A stretch of 57,734 bases of DNA from Octopus bimaculoides (GCF_001194135.2 NC_069001.1:37851450-37909183), one strand, 5' to 3'; positions 12,514-25,717 are shown, counted from the first letter of the stretch. Notes: generated by a model from the letters alone, not told the origin. Translations and numbers: made by a program.

Positions 12514-12887
12514 AATATCAGATGACATTGGCATAAAAGAATATTACTTACCTGAGATCCATCAATATTTATCATCTTTTAAAGACAAGAGAAGATGTAA
12601 TACACAACAGATACGCACCCTCATTATATAAATCTATGGTAGAATTACTGTGGAATATTGGCTCTGAACAGAATTTTTATACAAAACGCTCTCAAACTTA
12701 CAGACTGGAATTTGTACTATAATGATTTGATATCGAAATTAAAGCTGATTTACAAAGGAATTTGCAGCATCTTCAAATATTAACAAAAATCACAGTTGAT
12801 AGAAATATAGCCAAAGAAACAGGAATAAAATATATAAATAAAGGGAAGAAGAACTTTTATATTTATTGTGGTGAGAGAGAAACAAGA

Positions 12888-13991
12888 ATGGAAGACGAAT
12901 TGTGTGAGAAAAAGATTAAATGTGAAGCAGAGTCTGAAATTATTGATTTCCCCGAGGATATACAGAAAGAGAAAGGAAAGACATTCTATCAGTGTGATAT
13001 CTGTAATAAATCATTCTCTCAGAAGTCTAACTTAACTACTCATAAACGCATTCATACAGGAGAGAAACCATATCAGTGTGAGATCTGTGATAAATCATTT
13101 TGTCAGAAAGGTCACCTTATTGGTCACAAACGTATTCATACAGGAGAGAAACCATTTCACTGTGATATCTGTGGTAAATCATTTCCTCAAAGTTCTGACC
13201 TAACTACTCACATACGTACTCATACGGGAGAGAAACCATTTCACTGTGATGTCTGTGGTAAATCCTTTTGTCAGAAAGGTAGCCTCATTAGTCACAAACA
13301 CATTCATACAAAAAACAAACCATATCACTGTGATATTTGTGGTAAATCATTCTCTGTAGATGGTAACCTAAATAAACACAAACGTATTCATACAGGAGAA
13401 AAACCATATCACTGTGGTGTCTGTGGTAGATTATTCTCTCAGAGTTCTAGCTTATCTAGACATGAACATATTCATACACGTGAAAGGCCATATCATTGTG
13501 ATATCTGTGGTAAATCGTTTCCTGCACCAACAATTTTAAATATACACAAACGTGTTCATACAGGGAAGAAATTGTATCACTGTGGTATCTGTAGTAAATC
13601 GTTCCCTGCACCTAGTGTCTTAACTATACATAAACGTATTCACACAGGAGAGAAACCTTACGAGTGTGATATCTGTGGTAAATCATTTTCTGTGAAGCAT
13701 CACTTAATGATTCATGAACGTATTCATACTGGGTATAAACCACATCGCTGTGATGTCTGTGGAAAATTATTTTACCAGAACAGCCACTTAACTGCTCACA
13801 AACGCATTCATACAGGAGAGAAACCATTCCAGTGTGATATCTGCAGTAAATCATTCCTTGAAAGTAGTGAATTAACTCGTCATAAACGTTCTCACACAGG
13901 AGAGAAGCCATATCTCTGTGAGATATGTGGAAAATCCTTCCCTCAAAAAAGCCACTTAACTAAACACTTAGGTATGCATACAAAACAGTAA
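12888..13991 (+). CDS. ZNF-C, C2H2 zinc-finger protein, 12 fingers, 367 aa
   Basis: Intact ORF from [13 protein letters not shown]. The ORF-track start at 12762 is a TTG. The ATG at 12888 aligns with the first Met of the paralogues. Confidence 0.92.
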   Translation: MEDELCEKKIKCEAESEIIDFPEDIQKEKGKTFYQCDICNKSFSQKSNLTTHKRIHTGEKPYQCEICDKSFCQKGHLIGHKRIHTGEKPFHCDICGKSFPQSSDLTTHIRTHTGEKPFHCDVCGKSFCQKGSLISHKHIHTKNKPYHCDICGKSFSVDGNLNKHKRIHTGEKPYHCGVCGRLFSQSSSLSRHEHIHTRERPYHCDICGKSFPAPTILNIHKRVHTGKKLYHCGICSKSFPAPSVLTIHKRIHTGEKPYECDICGKSFSVKHHLMIHERIHTGYKPHRCDVCGKLFYQNSHLTAHKRIHTGEKPFQCDICSKSFLESSELTRHKRSHTGEKPYLCEICGKSFPQKSHLTKHLGMHTKQ

Positions 13992-14275
13992 CGAGCTCAT
14001 TATCAAAATGGAATTAGAATTTTTTATGAATTCTATAAAAGTTAACCTTTTTGCAGGACTTCATATGCTTCACCAATTTTGATTTTGGTAAATCAGTAAT
14101 TGGTTCTGATAAAAACTACAATTCCAGAATCCTGCTTGTAAACTACCATATTTTACCATTTATGTTGCTGGCATCATCATAACTTTGACCTTGGAACTCT
14201 TTTATATCATTTTCTTTTAGCATTTAAAAAGAATTCAAGTAAGCATTAAGAAGTGTTTTCTATTATATATTTTAA

Positions 14276-14498
14276 CCCTCTTGTCACCATATTCCTGTTG
14301 AGATGCTCTGTGTTTCTTTCAATAAATTTTTAATATAACAAAGAACTTAGTAAAATAACTTAGTTACTATTAAGTTAGTGTTAGGAACATAAAACTGTGA
14401 CTAAGGTTTGGTGGAAGATTCTAATTCAGAACTTTTGAAAACAAGATGTTTGTATTACAGAGCTAGAGGTGATTTCAGCCAGTTTGGAATCAAAAGGG
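14276..14498. mobile_element. piggyBac-type MITE
   Basis: TTAA|CCCT...AGGG|TTAA ends. The internal sequence matches the reverse complement of 40795-40995. Confidence 0.8.
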
Positions 14499-14714
14499 TT
14501 AAGCAAGTTGTTCAGCACTAAGCCCTTCAATATCCCCAAATTGTTTAGATCTTTCAATAGATCCATACTATAAAACATGGTACACAGTCAAAATCAGCTG
14601 ATCCACTTTAGATATATCTGTAGAAGCTTATCCAGTGAAACACAATAATACTTAGATTACTTCATAGATCATGTGGAAAAATCATATTGGAAGAACTAAT
14701 CAGATTGACAAATT

Positions 14715-15302
14715 CTAAGACCATAACCAGTGGTGTGTAACCAGCCCACTTATGTGTACCTTTCATTTATTGGACAATAAACTTTGCTCGCGAAGACCTG
14801 TTGAGGCAAGTGGAATCAAAATCAAATTTGCTGACGTGGCCAACGACAGCACCACCTGATTGGCACCCGTGCCAATGGCACATGAAAAGCACCATCCGAG
14901 CATGATCGTTGCCAGGGCTGTTGACTGGCTCTCGTGCCAATGGCATGTAAAAAGCAACATTCGAGCGTGATCGTTACCAGTGTTGCCTTTCTGGCACATG
15001 AAAAACAAGATTCAAGCGTGGTTGTTGCCAGTGCTGCCGGACTGGTTCCTGTGCAGGTGGCATGTAAAAAACACCATTTGAACATGGTTGTTGCTAGTAC
15101 CGCCTGACTGGCTCTCGTGCCGGTGGCACATAAAAGCACCCACTAAACTGTCGGAGTTGTTGGCATTAGCAAGGGCATCCAGCTGTAGAAACTTTGCCAG
15201 ATCAGATTAGAGCCTAGTGCAGCCTTCTGGCCCACTAGTCCTCAGTCAAACTGTCCAACCCATGTCAGCATGGAGAACAGACGTTAAACGACGATGATGA
15301 TG
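14715..15302 (+). mobile_element. Non-LTR (RTE-associated LINE 3' end or SINE) repeat with ~60-bp subrepeats and (GAT)n tail
   Basis: ggcatgtaaaaagcacc subrepeats, then ggttggcgttaggaagggcatccagctgtagaaac...ccaacccatg(c/t)cagcatgg...acgttaaacgatgatgat. At least 8 copies occur in the window. The family assignment is an inference. Confidence 0.75.
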
Positions 15303-16254
15303 TTGTTTTAGATACATGTGATTTATGCTCCCTATAATTGCTTTCTATAAATAGTTGATATGTTCTGTTAGAAAAGGGTCAACATTAGCCAGACAATTCT
15401 AGAAATTCCAACTAAATTTCCCTTGCAACAGGATCCAACAGTTTTATGTCTAACATGAAATAAAAGAAGACTTTATTCCACTTAAAACTTGATTGTTCAC
15501 TCTAGAAATGTGCACCAATATTTTTGGTCATTCTTCGTCTCTGGGAATCAACAAATTCCTCTTTGGTTTTGTGCATTAACAGTGAAAACTACAGCTTGTT
15601 TATGACAAGAGGTACTTTCTTCCAGATGAACAAAAAGATTGCTTCTATTTTTCCATCTCCACCAAGCTGTAAAGAACATCCTTAAGCCACACTGATTTGT
15701 AGGTGACAAGTTGTCTCCAATCTATCTTAAAGAACACTAACTGCAAATATAGACACAGAATCTGACAGATACATGACAGTATAGAAACCAAATGGCAAAT
15801 GATGATGATAAAATATTTATTTCTAACATAATAATTGCACAAAGATGTTACAACATGATTAATGAGAATATATTTCTCAGTTATTTACCCACAATGTCAA
15901 AAGAATTGTCTTTCTGATAATGTATAACATGGAATACATATATGTTTATTCTCCGGAGAAAGAAATGAAATGAGAGATGAGTTTGTAGATATTGGGTTTA
16001 CAAAATATAGGGAATAATAACGAAAAGAGAAATAAAATGCAAGTAAAAATTAAGATGAGATCGTATGGGAGACAGGAGGACATGGAGCTATGTAAGGTGA
16101 GCAAAATGTAGTGAATATCATCAAATGGAAATATGTTGAGATACATTAATCAAGATAGTGTTTAGAAATATATGATTAATGGCATAAGGCAGCTAGATAT
16201 ATAAGAAAATGTATTCATAGATGATTTATAATTATTGTTAGTATATACATGGCA

Positions 16255-16665
16255 AAACTGACCTCGTCTGTGCTTGTGCCATGTAAAAAAGCACTCAATC
16301 CACTCTGCAGAGTGATTGGTGTTAGGAAGGATGTCCAGCTGTAAAAACGATGCCAAAACAGACTGTGAAACATGGTGCAGTCTTCTGCCTAGCCAGCTCC
16401 TGACAAACCATCTAACCCATGCCAGCACAGAAAGCAGACATTAAATGATGATATATATATATATACACAATAGGCTTCATACAGTTTCCACCTGCCAAAT
16501 CTACTCACATGTCTTTCGTCGGCCTGAGGTGCCACACGGTGGGATTGCATGTGGAACCATGTGGTTGGGAAGCAAGGCACGTAAAAAGCACCCACTACAC
16601 TCTCAGAGTGGTTGGTGTTAGGAAGGGCATCCAGCTGTAGAAATCTTGCCAGATCAGATTGGAGC
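16255..16665 (+). mobile_element. Nested (GAT)n-tailed repeat copies plus an inverted SINE-like fragment
   Basis: Copies at ~16255-16452 and ~16585-16665. ~16455-16580 is the reverse complement of the repeat family seen at ~25637-25890. Confidence 0.65.
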
Positions 16666-16919
16666 CATAAAATTACTCAATTTTCAAATGAGAAAAAAGG
16701 TAAAAAAAAAAAAATATCTGAAAAGTTAGTATTTATTAATAATGATACTATCTTTTGTAAATAAAGATTTACTACACATTGGTGAATTTACTAAAATTAC
16801 TCCATCAAAAAAATGCCAATACTCATACAATTATTAGCTTTATCAATGACAGAAAGGGAAAAATTAATTTGATTAAGAAAAAATATTTTTCAGGTTTTAG
16901 CATTTTGCTCTTAATAAAA

Positions 16920-18278
16920 TCACTCTTCTATATGAACACAAACATGGGTATTTAAATCCCCATTTTCAGAGAATGATTTACCACAAATATCACAGGTATA
17001 TGATTTCTCTCCAGTATGTATGAGTTTGTGCTTTGTTAAATAACTTCCATCAGAGAAGGATTTACCACAGATATCACAATGATATGGCTTCTCCCCTGTA
17101 TGAATACGTTTGTGAGTGATCAAGTGATCATTTCGAGAGAATGATTTACCACAGATATCACAATGATATGGTTTCTCTCCTGTGTGGATACGTTTGTGTT
17201 TAGTTATAGCACTTCTTCCATCAGAGAATGATTTACCACAGATATCACAAAAATAGGGTTTCTCACCAGTATGAATACGTCTGTGTGAAGTTAAAATACC
17301 ACTTTGAGAGAATGATTTACCACAAATATCACAAAGATATGGTTTCTCTCCAGTATGAATGCGTTTGTGACTAGCTAAATGACTGTTTCTTGAGAATGAT
17401 TTACCACAGATATCACAGTGATATGGCTTCTCACCTATATGAATATACATGTGTGTAGTTAAGCTATTGCCATGAGAGAATGATTTACCACAGAAATCAC
17501 AGTGGAATGGTTTCTCTCCTGTATGAATACGTTTGTGTTTAGTTAAATCGCTACTTCCAGAAAACGATTTACCACAAATATCACAGTGGAATGGCTTCTC
17601 TCCTGTGTGAATACGTTTGTGAGTAGTTAAGTGATTACTTAGAGAGAATGATTTACCACAAATATTACAGTGATATGGTTTCTCTCCTGTATGGATATGT
17701 TTGTGAGAAGCTAAATGGTTACCTGCAGAGAATGACTTACCACAGATATCACAATGATAAGGTTTCTCTCCTGTGTGAATACGTTTATGAGTAGTTAAGT
17801 AACCACTTCGAGAGTACGATTTACCACAGATATCACAGTGATATGGCCTCTCTCCTGTATGAATGCGTATGTGTATAGTTAACTTACTACTCCCAGTGAA
17901 TGATTTACCACAGATATGACAGTGATATGGTTTCTCTCCTGTATGAATGCGTTTGTGTTTAGTTAATTGGCTCCCATCAGAGAAATATATCCCACAGATA
18001 TCACACTGATATGGTTTTTCTCCTGTATGAATGTGTTTGTGATTTGTTAGGTTACGTTTCTGAGTGAATGATCTCCCACAAATATCACAATGATATGGCT
18101 TCTCTCCTGTATGAATTCGTTTGTGAGCGTTTAAATTACCTCTATGAAAGAACGATTTTCTACAGATATCACACTGATATAAATGTTTTTCTTTCTCATT
18201 GTTCATGTCATCTGGTGAACCAGGACTTTCAACTGGTAATTCATATTTAACCTTGTTCCCACACAATTCACTTTCCAT
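16920..18278 (-). CDS. ZNF-D, C2H2 zinc-finger protein, 15 fingers, 452 aa
   Basis: Intact ORF starting [13 protein letters not shown]. Finger 12 has a 1-aa insertion ([10 protein letters not shown]). Confidence 0.93.
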   Translation of the reverse strand: MESELCGNKVKYELPVESPGSPDDMNNEKEKHLYQCDICRKSFFHRGNLNAHKRIHTGEKPYHCDICGRSFTQKRNLTNHKHIHTGEKPYQCDICGIYFSDGSQLTKHKRIHTGEKPYHCHICGKSFTGSSKLTIHIRIHTGERPYHCDICGKSYSRSGYLTTHKRIHTGEKPYHCDICGKSFSAGNHLASHKHIHTGEKPYHCNICGKSFSLSNHLTTHKRIHTGEKPFHCDICGKSFSGSSDLTKHKRIHTGEKPFHCDFCGKSFSHGNSLTTHMYIHIGEKPYHCDICGKSFSRNSHLASHKRIHTGEKPYLCDICGKSFSQSGILTSHRRIHTGEKPYFCDICGKSFSDGRSAITKHKRIHTGEKPYHCDICGKSFSRNDHLITHKRIHTGEKPYHCDICGKSFSDGSYLTKHKLIHTGEKSYTCDICGKSFSENGDLNTHVCVHIEE

Positions 18279-18900
18279 AATTTTTTCTCTCTCACCACAG
18301 TCTAAAGACAGTTTTTCTTTTAGCTATATTTTATTCCTAACAAATATTCCTTCTGCTATATTCCTTCAGCTGTGATCTTTGTCAGTATTTGAAGATGCTG
18401 CAAACTTCTTTGGAATGCAAGTTTAATTAAAATACAAAACTGTTTTAAGCACATTCCAGAAAGTAGAGAAACTTTATTATTATTATTCTTAGGTCAGAGT
18501 AAATATTTCATAGCAATTCTTCAGCAGATTTATATGAAGAGGGCGATATCTGTTCTGTACGACACTTTCTTTTATTGGTTTTGAAACAGAAAATTTCTGT
18601 GTGAATGTCATCCAGTATTCTGAAATATAACAGGAATATTATTCAGATTTTTCTGTCAGATTATTTAATCACATTATTTTCAAGTAATCATGCATTATTT
18701 TGTAGCTTTGAGATTTTGATGATGTGATTGTTTTGTTTTAGAACAATGTTGTAGGGTAGATGTGAGATGCCAGATCTGGCTGGTTTGAGCATAAAACAAG
18801 AATATTCAGGCCAGTTTAGATGCTAAAGAGTTAAAATGTAGACATTCAACAGAAGACATTTTACTACATTCCTTCTATATTAATAAACTGTAGATACAAA

Positions 18901-18960
18901 CGTATCGTCAGACCCCCAAAACCCCTTTAAAATACGGAGGTCTTGGGGTCTGACGATACG
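18901..18960. repeat. Perfect 16-bp inverted repeat within a ~100-bp insertion upstream of D
   Basis: cgtatcgtcagacccc ... ggggtctgacgatacg. Paralogues run directly from tagata(c/t)aaa into cctttaccagg. Confidence 0.8.
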
Positions 18961-19359
18961 CTATGAAGTTAAACCCTTTATGAACGGGAAACCCCATAAA
19001 CCAGCCTTCACCAGGAATATATATATATATATATAAATGGTGTTTTTTATTCAATTTTCTTACCAACGACAGTTTCCCCCACCCCATTAATCTATTTTCT
19101 ATCGCACTCCATGTCACGTTGCTTCTTTTCAGTCGTCAAGATAGCTATCACACACACACCATCCTGCTCTCTCTTCAACACCTTAATTCCTATCTATTAG
19201 TCTTAATTTCGTAACCCCACTTTGTTTCAGAAGTCTTCCCACCTAATTGTGAAGGAACAAATGAATCTTTTATCTTTCCATGGTTGAGACAAACTTTCTG
19301 GCGTTGGTGAATAAATAAACAGAGAGGAATGTTTAGTCGTCATACCGAAGACAAGACAA

Positions 19360-19535
19360 CCCTGCATAGTGCTGGTGCCACCGGAAAATGAACCCAACAC
19401 ACTCTGTAATGTAGTTGATGTTAGGAAGAGCAGTCGATCGTAAGAACCATGTCAAAAATGAGACACAAGACAACATCATCCTACCAAACTGTCCCATGTC
19501 AGCTTGGAAATCGGACGTAAAACGATGATGATGTA
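19360..19535 (+). mobile_element. Diverged (GAT)n-tailed non-LTR repeat
   Basis: gatgttaggaagagca...gtcccatgtcagcttgg...acgtaaaacgatgatgat. Confidence 0.6.
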
Positions 19536-20599
19536 TGCGTACGTGTGACTATGTACTTGTGTGTGTATGCATGTATGTATTTGCATCAAATACATTAAAT
19601 ATTATCACCCTGTAAAATAATTATAATGTAGTTTACTAATTAAAACAAATTTTACGGAAACATTTTGCTCACTACCGATAGTAGTTAAAGTTTAACGACG
19701 ACCGTTTACCTTTCATTTATCTTCAGTCCTGTCTGTTTCACATAAGTCTATCATCTTACACGTACAAAGTCGGTAAGATCGCTGCTCTTTCTCTAGACAT
19801 TTGGACCCACGAAGAACCATGTTAACAGATCTTACTGCAGTAAACCAAATACGAGAATCCACAATACTAGAAGTCTTAGAAAGCTTTGCACCAGAGCGAT
19901 CTAATGAGCTCAGACAACCCTAACACGTCCTTGCTATTGTGCTTTGTTGTGTAAAGAGCAAAATACAAGACCATATTGAAGAAATGGTAAATACTACGAG
20001 ATACTCTACCATTAAGGAAGCAATCAATACAGAGTCAGTCCAGTGCATTCAGAGCCCGAGATTAGTCCTGCAATGAGAACAGACGTCTCCGTGAAATGAC
20101 TAATTGCTGAATACACCCAAGAACTGTCGGTAATAATATATAAGGTACAAGATTACTAATTCTGTTGGTGTTGACTCAGCTTTCTTCTACTGCTAAAATG
20201 TTGTTGAAATGAATACAGCAGTTTTTCGTGGACAAATATAAATATCATGGCTAAGGTTAAATAAAAATATTTGTTATATGTCTGTATATTTCTGACGTCC
20301 TACACCATCACTTTCTTTGCTAAATGATGAGCAACACCAACCTTTAGTGAATAAAATTGTCGTTTCTATGAATACGAAACTACAGAATAATGTTTCGTTC
20401 CTAACTTTATTCCGTCCAAATTAGAGACATTTCCAACAACCCACGTCTCGTCGGAAGAAGTCTTGCTTTGAATAGAATAAAGTTTAGTTAGAGTGTCCTT
20501 TCTCAAACTGATGACATCTGAAGACAAAGTAGACCAGCACATATTTAAAGACATATTGAAACTAGAGACAGACTTAGTTGTTCTGACAGTTTATTGTCA

Positions 20600-21110
20600 G
20601 AACTTGCGAAATAATTCTGTTGATTGCCTGCTTATTGTTTGATAAACTTCTTCTATTACTGGGACGGATCCAGTTTTAAACTGACATCGAGAGGAGCCAA
20701 TTCAATAGAGATGGTTGTTGCTAATGAACCGTGGAAAGAAATCTCTACAACATTCTTTATTATGTCGATGTGGAAAATCTAAATGAAGGTTTGTTGTGAA
20801 ATATAGAAGTTGTGTTGAAGCTGTCATTGTCCAGTCTGACTCGTGACATCTTCGTCATTGGCTCTGTATTAATATGTAAGTATTATTAATAGAAACAACA
20901 TCTACATTGTATAGGTCATGTCATTCTTCCTACATATCTGTTTGTTTTGATGTATTCAAAGATAAAGGAAAGAAAGTGAAGAAGAGAAGGAATTTTCCTA
21001 AAGTAGCGATGATGTCTTAATCCCCATACGGGGATATATATGTAGTATAGTGAACTCAAAAACTTGCTTTAACTGACATTGCCTATTGTCTGAATACTTT
21101 CGTTGTTTAC
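20600..21110 (+). promoter_or_regulatory. ZNF upstream module copy M3 (type 1), between divergent D and E
   Basis: gtgacatcttcgtcattggctctgtattaatatGTAAGT (20876-20881). The long 5' part is shared with 56255-56600 and the reverse complement of 54780-54985. Confidence 0.65.
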
Positions 21111-21721
21111 TCTTTAATGAACGATATATACATACATCTCCTTCAATACCACTCCCCCCCCATTTCAGTTGGGGGGGGGGCTGCAAGCTACTTGGGGATC
21201 TCACTGCTGCTGGTGCCACATAAAAACTGGTTTGCGGCGTCCAGCCATAGAAACTACGCCTAAGGAGACAGTAGAGCTTGGCACAGTCTTCTGCCTATCC
21301 ATTGGTCAGTAGACTTGAGAAAATATTGTTTAGGAACAGTCGAGGGTTGGAGACAAGGAGACCAGCTAGTTGTTGAAAGTCAAGAATACCATCTGCAAGT
21401 ATGGAAAAATAGACGAGGATATATAATACAATGATAATGTATCTAGAAAAGGGCTGGATGTATTGGATGAGTTCCCTTGTCGAAGTGAAGGTTTTTATCA
21501 GAAGTTTATTAACATAAAAGTAATATAGTAAAATCTGTACGTTTTAAATATTCTCCATATTTTATATTGTTTCCCTTTTATTTCAGAATATTGGATGACA
21601 TTGCCATAAAAGAATTTGAGTTTACAGTATCTTCAAATCGCAACAAAAATAGAGTTGATGGAAATATAGCTGAAAATATAACAAGAAAAAGTAAAATATC
21701 TGTGATGAGAGAAGGAAAAGG

Positions 21722-23317
21722 ATGGCAGATAAACTATGTAGAAGACAGCCTGATAGTATTCATTTTCTCAGTGATGAAAAGAAAGAGGAAGTAAAAACAT
21801 GTTATCAGTGTGATGTCTGTAAAAAGACATTCTCTTGGGAAAGTAACCTAACTGTTCACAAACGAATTCATGCAGGAGAGAAACCATATCAATGTGATGT
21901 TTGTGGTGGTTCATTCACTCAAAATGGTGACTTAACTAAACACAAACATATTCATAGTAGAGATGGACCGTATCAGTGTGACATCTGTGGTAAATCATTC
22001 TCTGGAAGGATTCATTTAACTAGACACAAACACATTCATATGGGAAAGAAGCCATATCAGTGTGATGTCTGTGGAAAATCATTTTCTCAAATAGGTCACT
22101 TAAGTAGCCACAAACGTGTGCATACAGGAGAGAAACCATATCGCTGTGATATCTGTGGTAAATCAGTCTCAACAAATAGTAAATTAAATATACACAAACG
22201 TCTTCACACAGGAGACAAACCATATTCCTGTGATATCTGTGGTAAGTCATTCACTAATAGTAGTCACTTAATTTCTCACAAAAACATTCATACAGGAGAG
22301 AAGCCATATTGCTGTGATGTTTGTGGTGAATCATTCTCTCGAAATGGTGACTTAACTAAACACAAACGTGTTCATACTGGAGAGAAACCATATCACTGTG
22401 AAGTCTGTGGTAAAACATTCTCTGCCAGTAGTGCTTTAACTATACACAAACATATTCACACGGGAGAGAAACCGTATCACTGTGATATCTGTAATAAATC
22501 ATTCTCCCAAATAAGTCACTTAAGTAGCCACAAACGCATGCATACAGGAGAGAAACCATATCATTGTGATATCTGTGGTAAATCATTCTCTGAAAGTAGT
22601 GTCCTAACTAAGCATAAACGTATTCACACTGGAGAAAAACCATTTCATTGTGACATTTGTGGTAAATCATTTTCTGTAAATATTAACTTAACTACTCACA
22701 AACGTATTCACACAGGAGAGAAGCCATATCACTGTGATATCTGTGGTAAATCATTATCTGTAAGTAGTCACTTAACTACTCACAAACGTCTTCATACAGG
22801 AGAGAAACCATTTCATTGTAATATATGTGGTAATTCGTTCACTAATAGTAGCCATTTAAATGCTCACAAATACATTCATACAGGAGAGAAACCATATCAC
22901 TGTGATATCTGTGGTGAATCATTCTCTCGAAATGGTGACTTAACTAAACACAAGCGTGTTCATACTGGAGAGAAACCATATCACTGTGATATCTGTGATA
23001 AATCATTCTCTGATGGAAGTAACTTAATCAAACATAAACGTATTCATACAGGGGAGAAGCCATATCACTGTGAGATCTGTGGTAAATCATTCACTGGAAG
23101 TCGTCACTTAACTATTCACAAACGTCTTCATACTGGGGAAAAGCCATATTGCTGTGAGATCTGTGATAAATCATTCTCTGCAAGTAGTTACTTAACTAAA
23201 CACAAACGTATTCATACAGGAGAGAAACAGCATAACTGTAATATCTGTGGTAAATCATTTCCTCAAAAATGTCATTTAACCAAACATATAACTCTTCATC
23301 ATACAAAACAGTATTAA
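21722..23317 (+). CDS. ZNF-E, C2H2 zinc-finger protein, 18 fingers, 531 aa
   Basis: Intact ORF. MADKLC aligns with MEDELC. Fingers 5-7 are repeated as fingers 12-14. Confidence 0.93.
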   Translation: MADKLCRRQPDSIHFLSDEKKEEVKTCYQCDVCKKTFSWESNLTVHKRIHAGEKPYQCDVCGGSFTQNGDLTKHKHIHSRDGPYQCDICGKSFSGRIHLTRHKHIHMGKKPYQCDVCGKSFSQIGHLSSHKRVHTGEKPYRCDICGKSVSTNSKLNIHKRLHTGDKPYSCDICGKSFTNSSHLISHKNIHTGEKPYCCDVCGESFSRNGDLTKHKRVHTGEKPYHCEVCGKTFSASSALTIHKHIHTGEKPYHCDICNKSFSQISHLSSHKRMHTGEKPYHCDICGKSFSESSVLTKHKRIHTGEKPFHCDICGKSFSVNINLTTHKRIHTGEKPYHCDICGKSLSVSSHLTTHKRLHTGEKPFHCNICGNSFTNSSHLNAHKYIHTGEKPYHCDICGESFSRNGDLTKHKRVHTGEKPYHCDICDKSFSDGSNLIKHKRIHTGEKPYHCEICGKSFTGSRHLTIHKRLHTGEKPYCCEICDKSFSASSYLTKHKRIHTGEKQHNCNICGKSFPQKCHLTKHITLHHTKQY

Positions 23318-24014
23318 TATCATAATTTGGATTGTATTAAATAAGGTACTGCTTGTAGACCATTATATTTTTGTGGATCAAATACATTTTTCCTTTTTCT
23401 TGTTGTTTTAATTGGTAATTCCATAAATATTGATACTTTTCCATGCAGTAAATTTTGTAATTCTACCAAAACACTGCTTGAATTTCCTACATGTGAAAGT
23501 ATCAATATTCACAAATATTAATATTGATATTTTCCATTAGTGATACTAGTTGTTGAAGTACAGAAATTAGTAAATTACTTTTAATGATGGAACTCAAAGT
23601 AGATTAAAGCTCTGAATAAGAATGTGTAGAATACTGGGCTAAAAAAAACCCTTGGATGGGGAAAAAAGTGGAAGGCTACCTGTGATGTAAACACAAATTA
23701 ATATTTTTTCATTTATAAATTCTGTTAATGAAATTCACTTTTTAACTTCTTGTTGGTAAATATTTCAATTTTATGAATAGCAAGGAGGAAGAAGACAAAA
23801 TTGATTTGATGATCAAAATGTTGGTAATATACTGTATCTATGATAACAGGGTGGTAACAATACCCGAACACTTAATTTTTCTATAACTTCATCTATATCT
23901 TCATTGGCAAGGTAACTGTCCTCTGATATTTTCAATAAAATTGTTTTATTCTATCAAAATATTCTTCCAGATTTCATCTCACTTATTTCCTGAAGGGAGA
24001 AAAGGCACATTTGG

Positions 24015-24180
24015 TTTTTACTCTCGGAGTGGTTGGCGTTAGGAAGGGCATCCAGCTGTAGAAACTCTGCCAAATCAGATTGGAGCCTGGTGTAGCCTTC
24101 GGGCTCCACCAGTCCTCAGTCAAATCGTCCAACCCATGCCAGCATGGAAAGCGGACGTTAAATGACGATGATGATGATGA
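24015..24180 (+). mobile_element. (GAT)n-tailed non-LTR repeat
   Basis: Close match to 15140-15302 and 26080-26245. Confidence 0.8.
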
Positions 24181-25717
24181 TTGTGGGTAAATAACTGAGG
24201 AACCTATTCTCATAAGCCATGTTATAACATCCCTGTGTAGTGGATCTTGCAAGCATGAGGTGGATTTGATCCTAGATAGCCAAATTTAAATTAACACTTC
24301 AACACATCTTTTCTCACAGTGGAACAATGGTTTTGATGAGTGACAGTAATTACATTTGCCAGATGCCTTATCTAAGCAAAATAAGATCTTCACCACTTGA
24401 CCCTTCTAACCCCTTATAAGCCACCAAAAGCTAGAATTAAAATATCACAGCACCACCATTGTTCTCAACAACACGTCTATCCTTCTGGATAGTTATAAAA
24501 GCAAGAACCCCCAAGCAAAGGTCACTTGGTCAGTTGGTGAGAACTACCATCAGTTACTACCACTAGAATCATGGCCACAAGCAGGTAGTTACTAAAGACA
24601 GACGACCAGAGGGGAAAAAGAAAGAAGTTTACAATCAGAGACTATATGAAACAACATCCCACACTCTCTCACTCTCACTAGCTCACTTATTTTCTCTTAC
24701 AACATCACTGTATCTCTATTTGTGGATTACTACTAAAAGAATGTGTACACAAAATATACAAGGAAAATCTATGACAGCTAACTTTACTTTGCATGCTTTA
24801 CAATTTCATCACCTGCCTGTCAAGGCAAGGTATTGTATAATGTAATGGTAAAATAAATATTTTCTTCACAACTTCAATCACAGTTCTTTCATCTTTACAT
24901 AATGGCAATCAACAAAGAATCAATCCTTACAAACTGATTACGACCCCGACATTCCATCCTGCTGTGTATCAACTATCGTTTATCATATTACTGTTCACAA
25001 ATCAACGTTTATTGTTTATCAAATTAATTTCAACTGAAACAAATTAACTTCATCGTTACAGCTGATGACCCAACCATTACACATCCCTGTACAGTTATTA
25101 GGTAAGAAATACAGAAACCATTAAAGAAAATATTTCATTTATATCATTATGTGCATATGATATCTTGTATGTATTCTGGATCTTCTATACATTGTTTCAT
25201 GTATCTTACGTATATTCTGGTTTAAATGTTATTACGGATGTATCCCACCAAGGGACCAATTTGATGCTGGTTTCGATTTCTACAGTTTTATCATTTCTTT
25301 TATTTCTAGTATGATTCCTTCATGGTTAAACTAAATGTTAATTTGCAAGTATCAATGTAACCTTAAACTTAATGCAAAATGGATGACAATTTGTGAATCA
25401 TTGTTTCACCTGCAGCCCATGAGTCCATGTTGCCCCACTGGCAGAGCAAGCATATCACATGGTGCAGACACCATTGTTGTAGTCATTGTTCATTGCTGAG
25501 GCATAGAGGCTATGTTCAGTAGTGAGCGGTGGTCACCATTGGACCTGACTACAAAATGTGTTTCAATTTTCTTTTCTATTATTGTTTGAAACTTTTGAAT
25601 TCTATTTTCTTCAATGCTATTCCTTTCTCCACTCACAGGTGCAGGCACAGCTGTGTCGTTAGGAAGTTGGCTTTCCGACCATATGGTTTTGGTTTCACTT
25701 CTACTGCAAGCCTTCTA

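Noticed and set aside
12762-12887. TTG-initiated extensions called as starts for C, F and I
   Set aside because: Non-ATG starts, blocked by stops or frameshifts in D and G. Not accepted as annotated starts and treated only as a hypothesis in the findings.
18278-18403. Apparent constant 126-nt TTG-to-ATG spacing in all paralogues
   Set aside because: On recount it is 126 in C, G and I, 123 in F and 125 in D, so it is not invariant.
19815-20100. Possible Gypsy gag-like relic (HVLAIVLCC...TTRYSTIKEAI)
   Set aside because: Only faint resemblance, with stops and no diagnostic motif. It needs a profile search.
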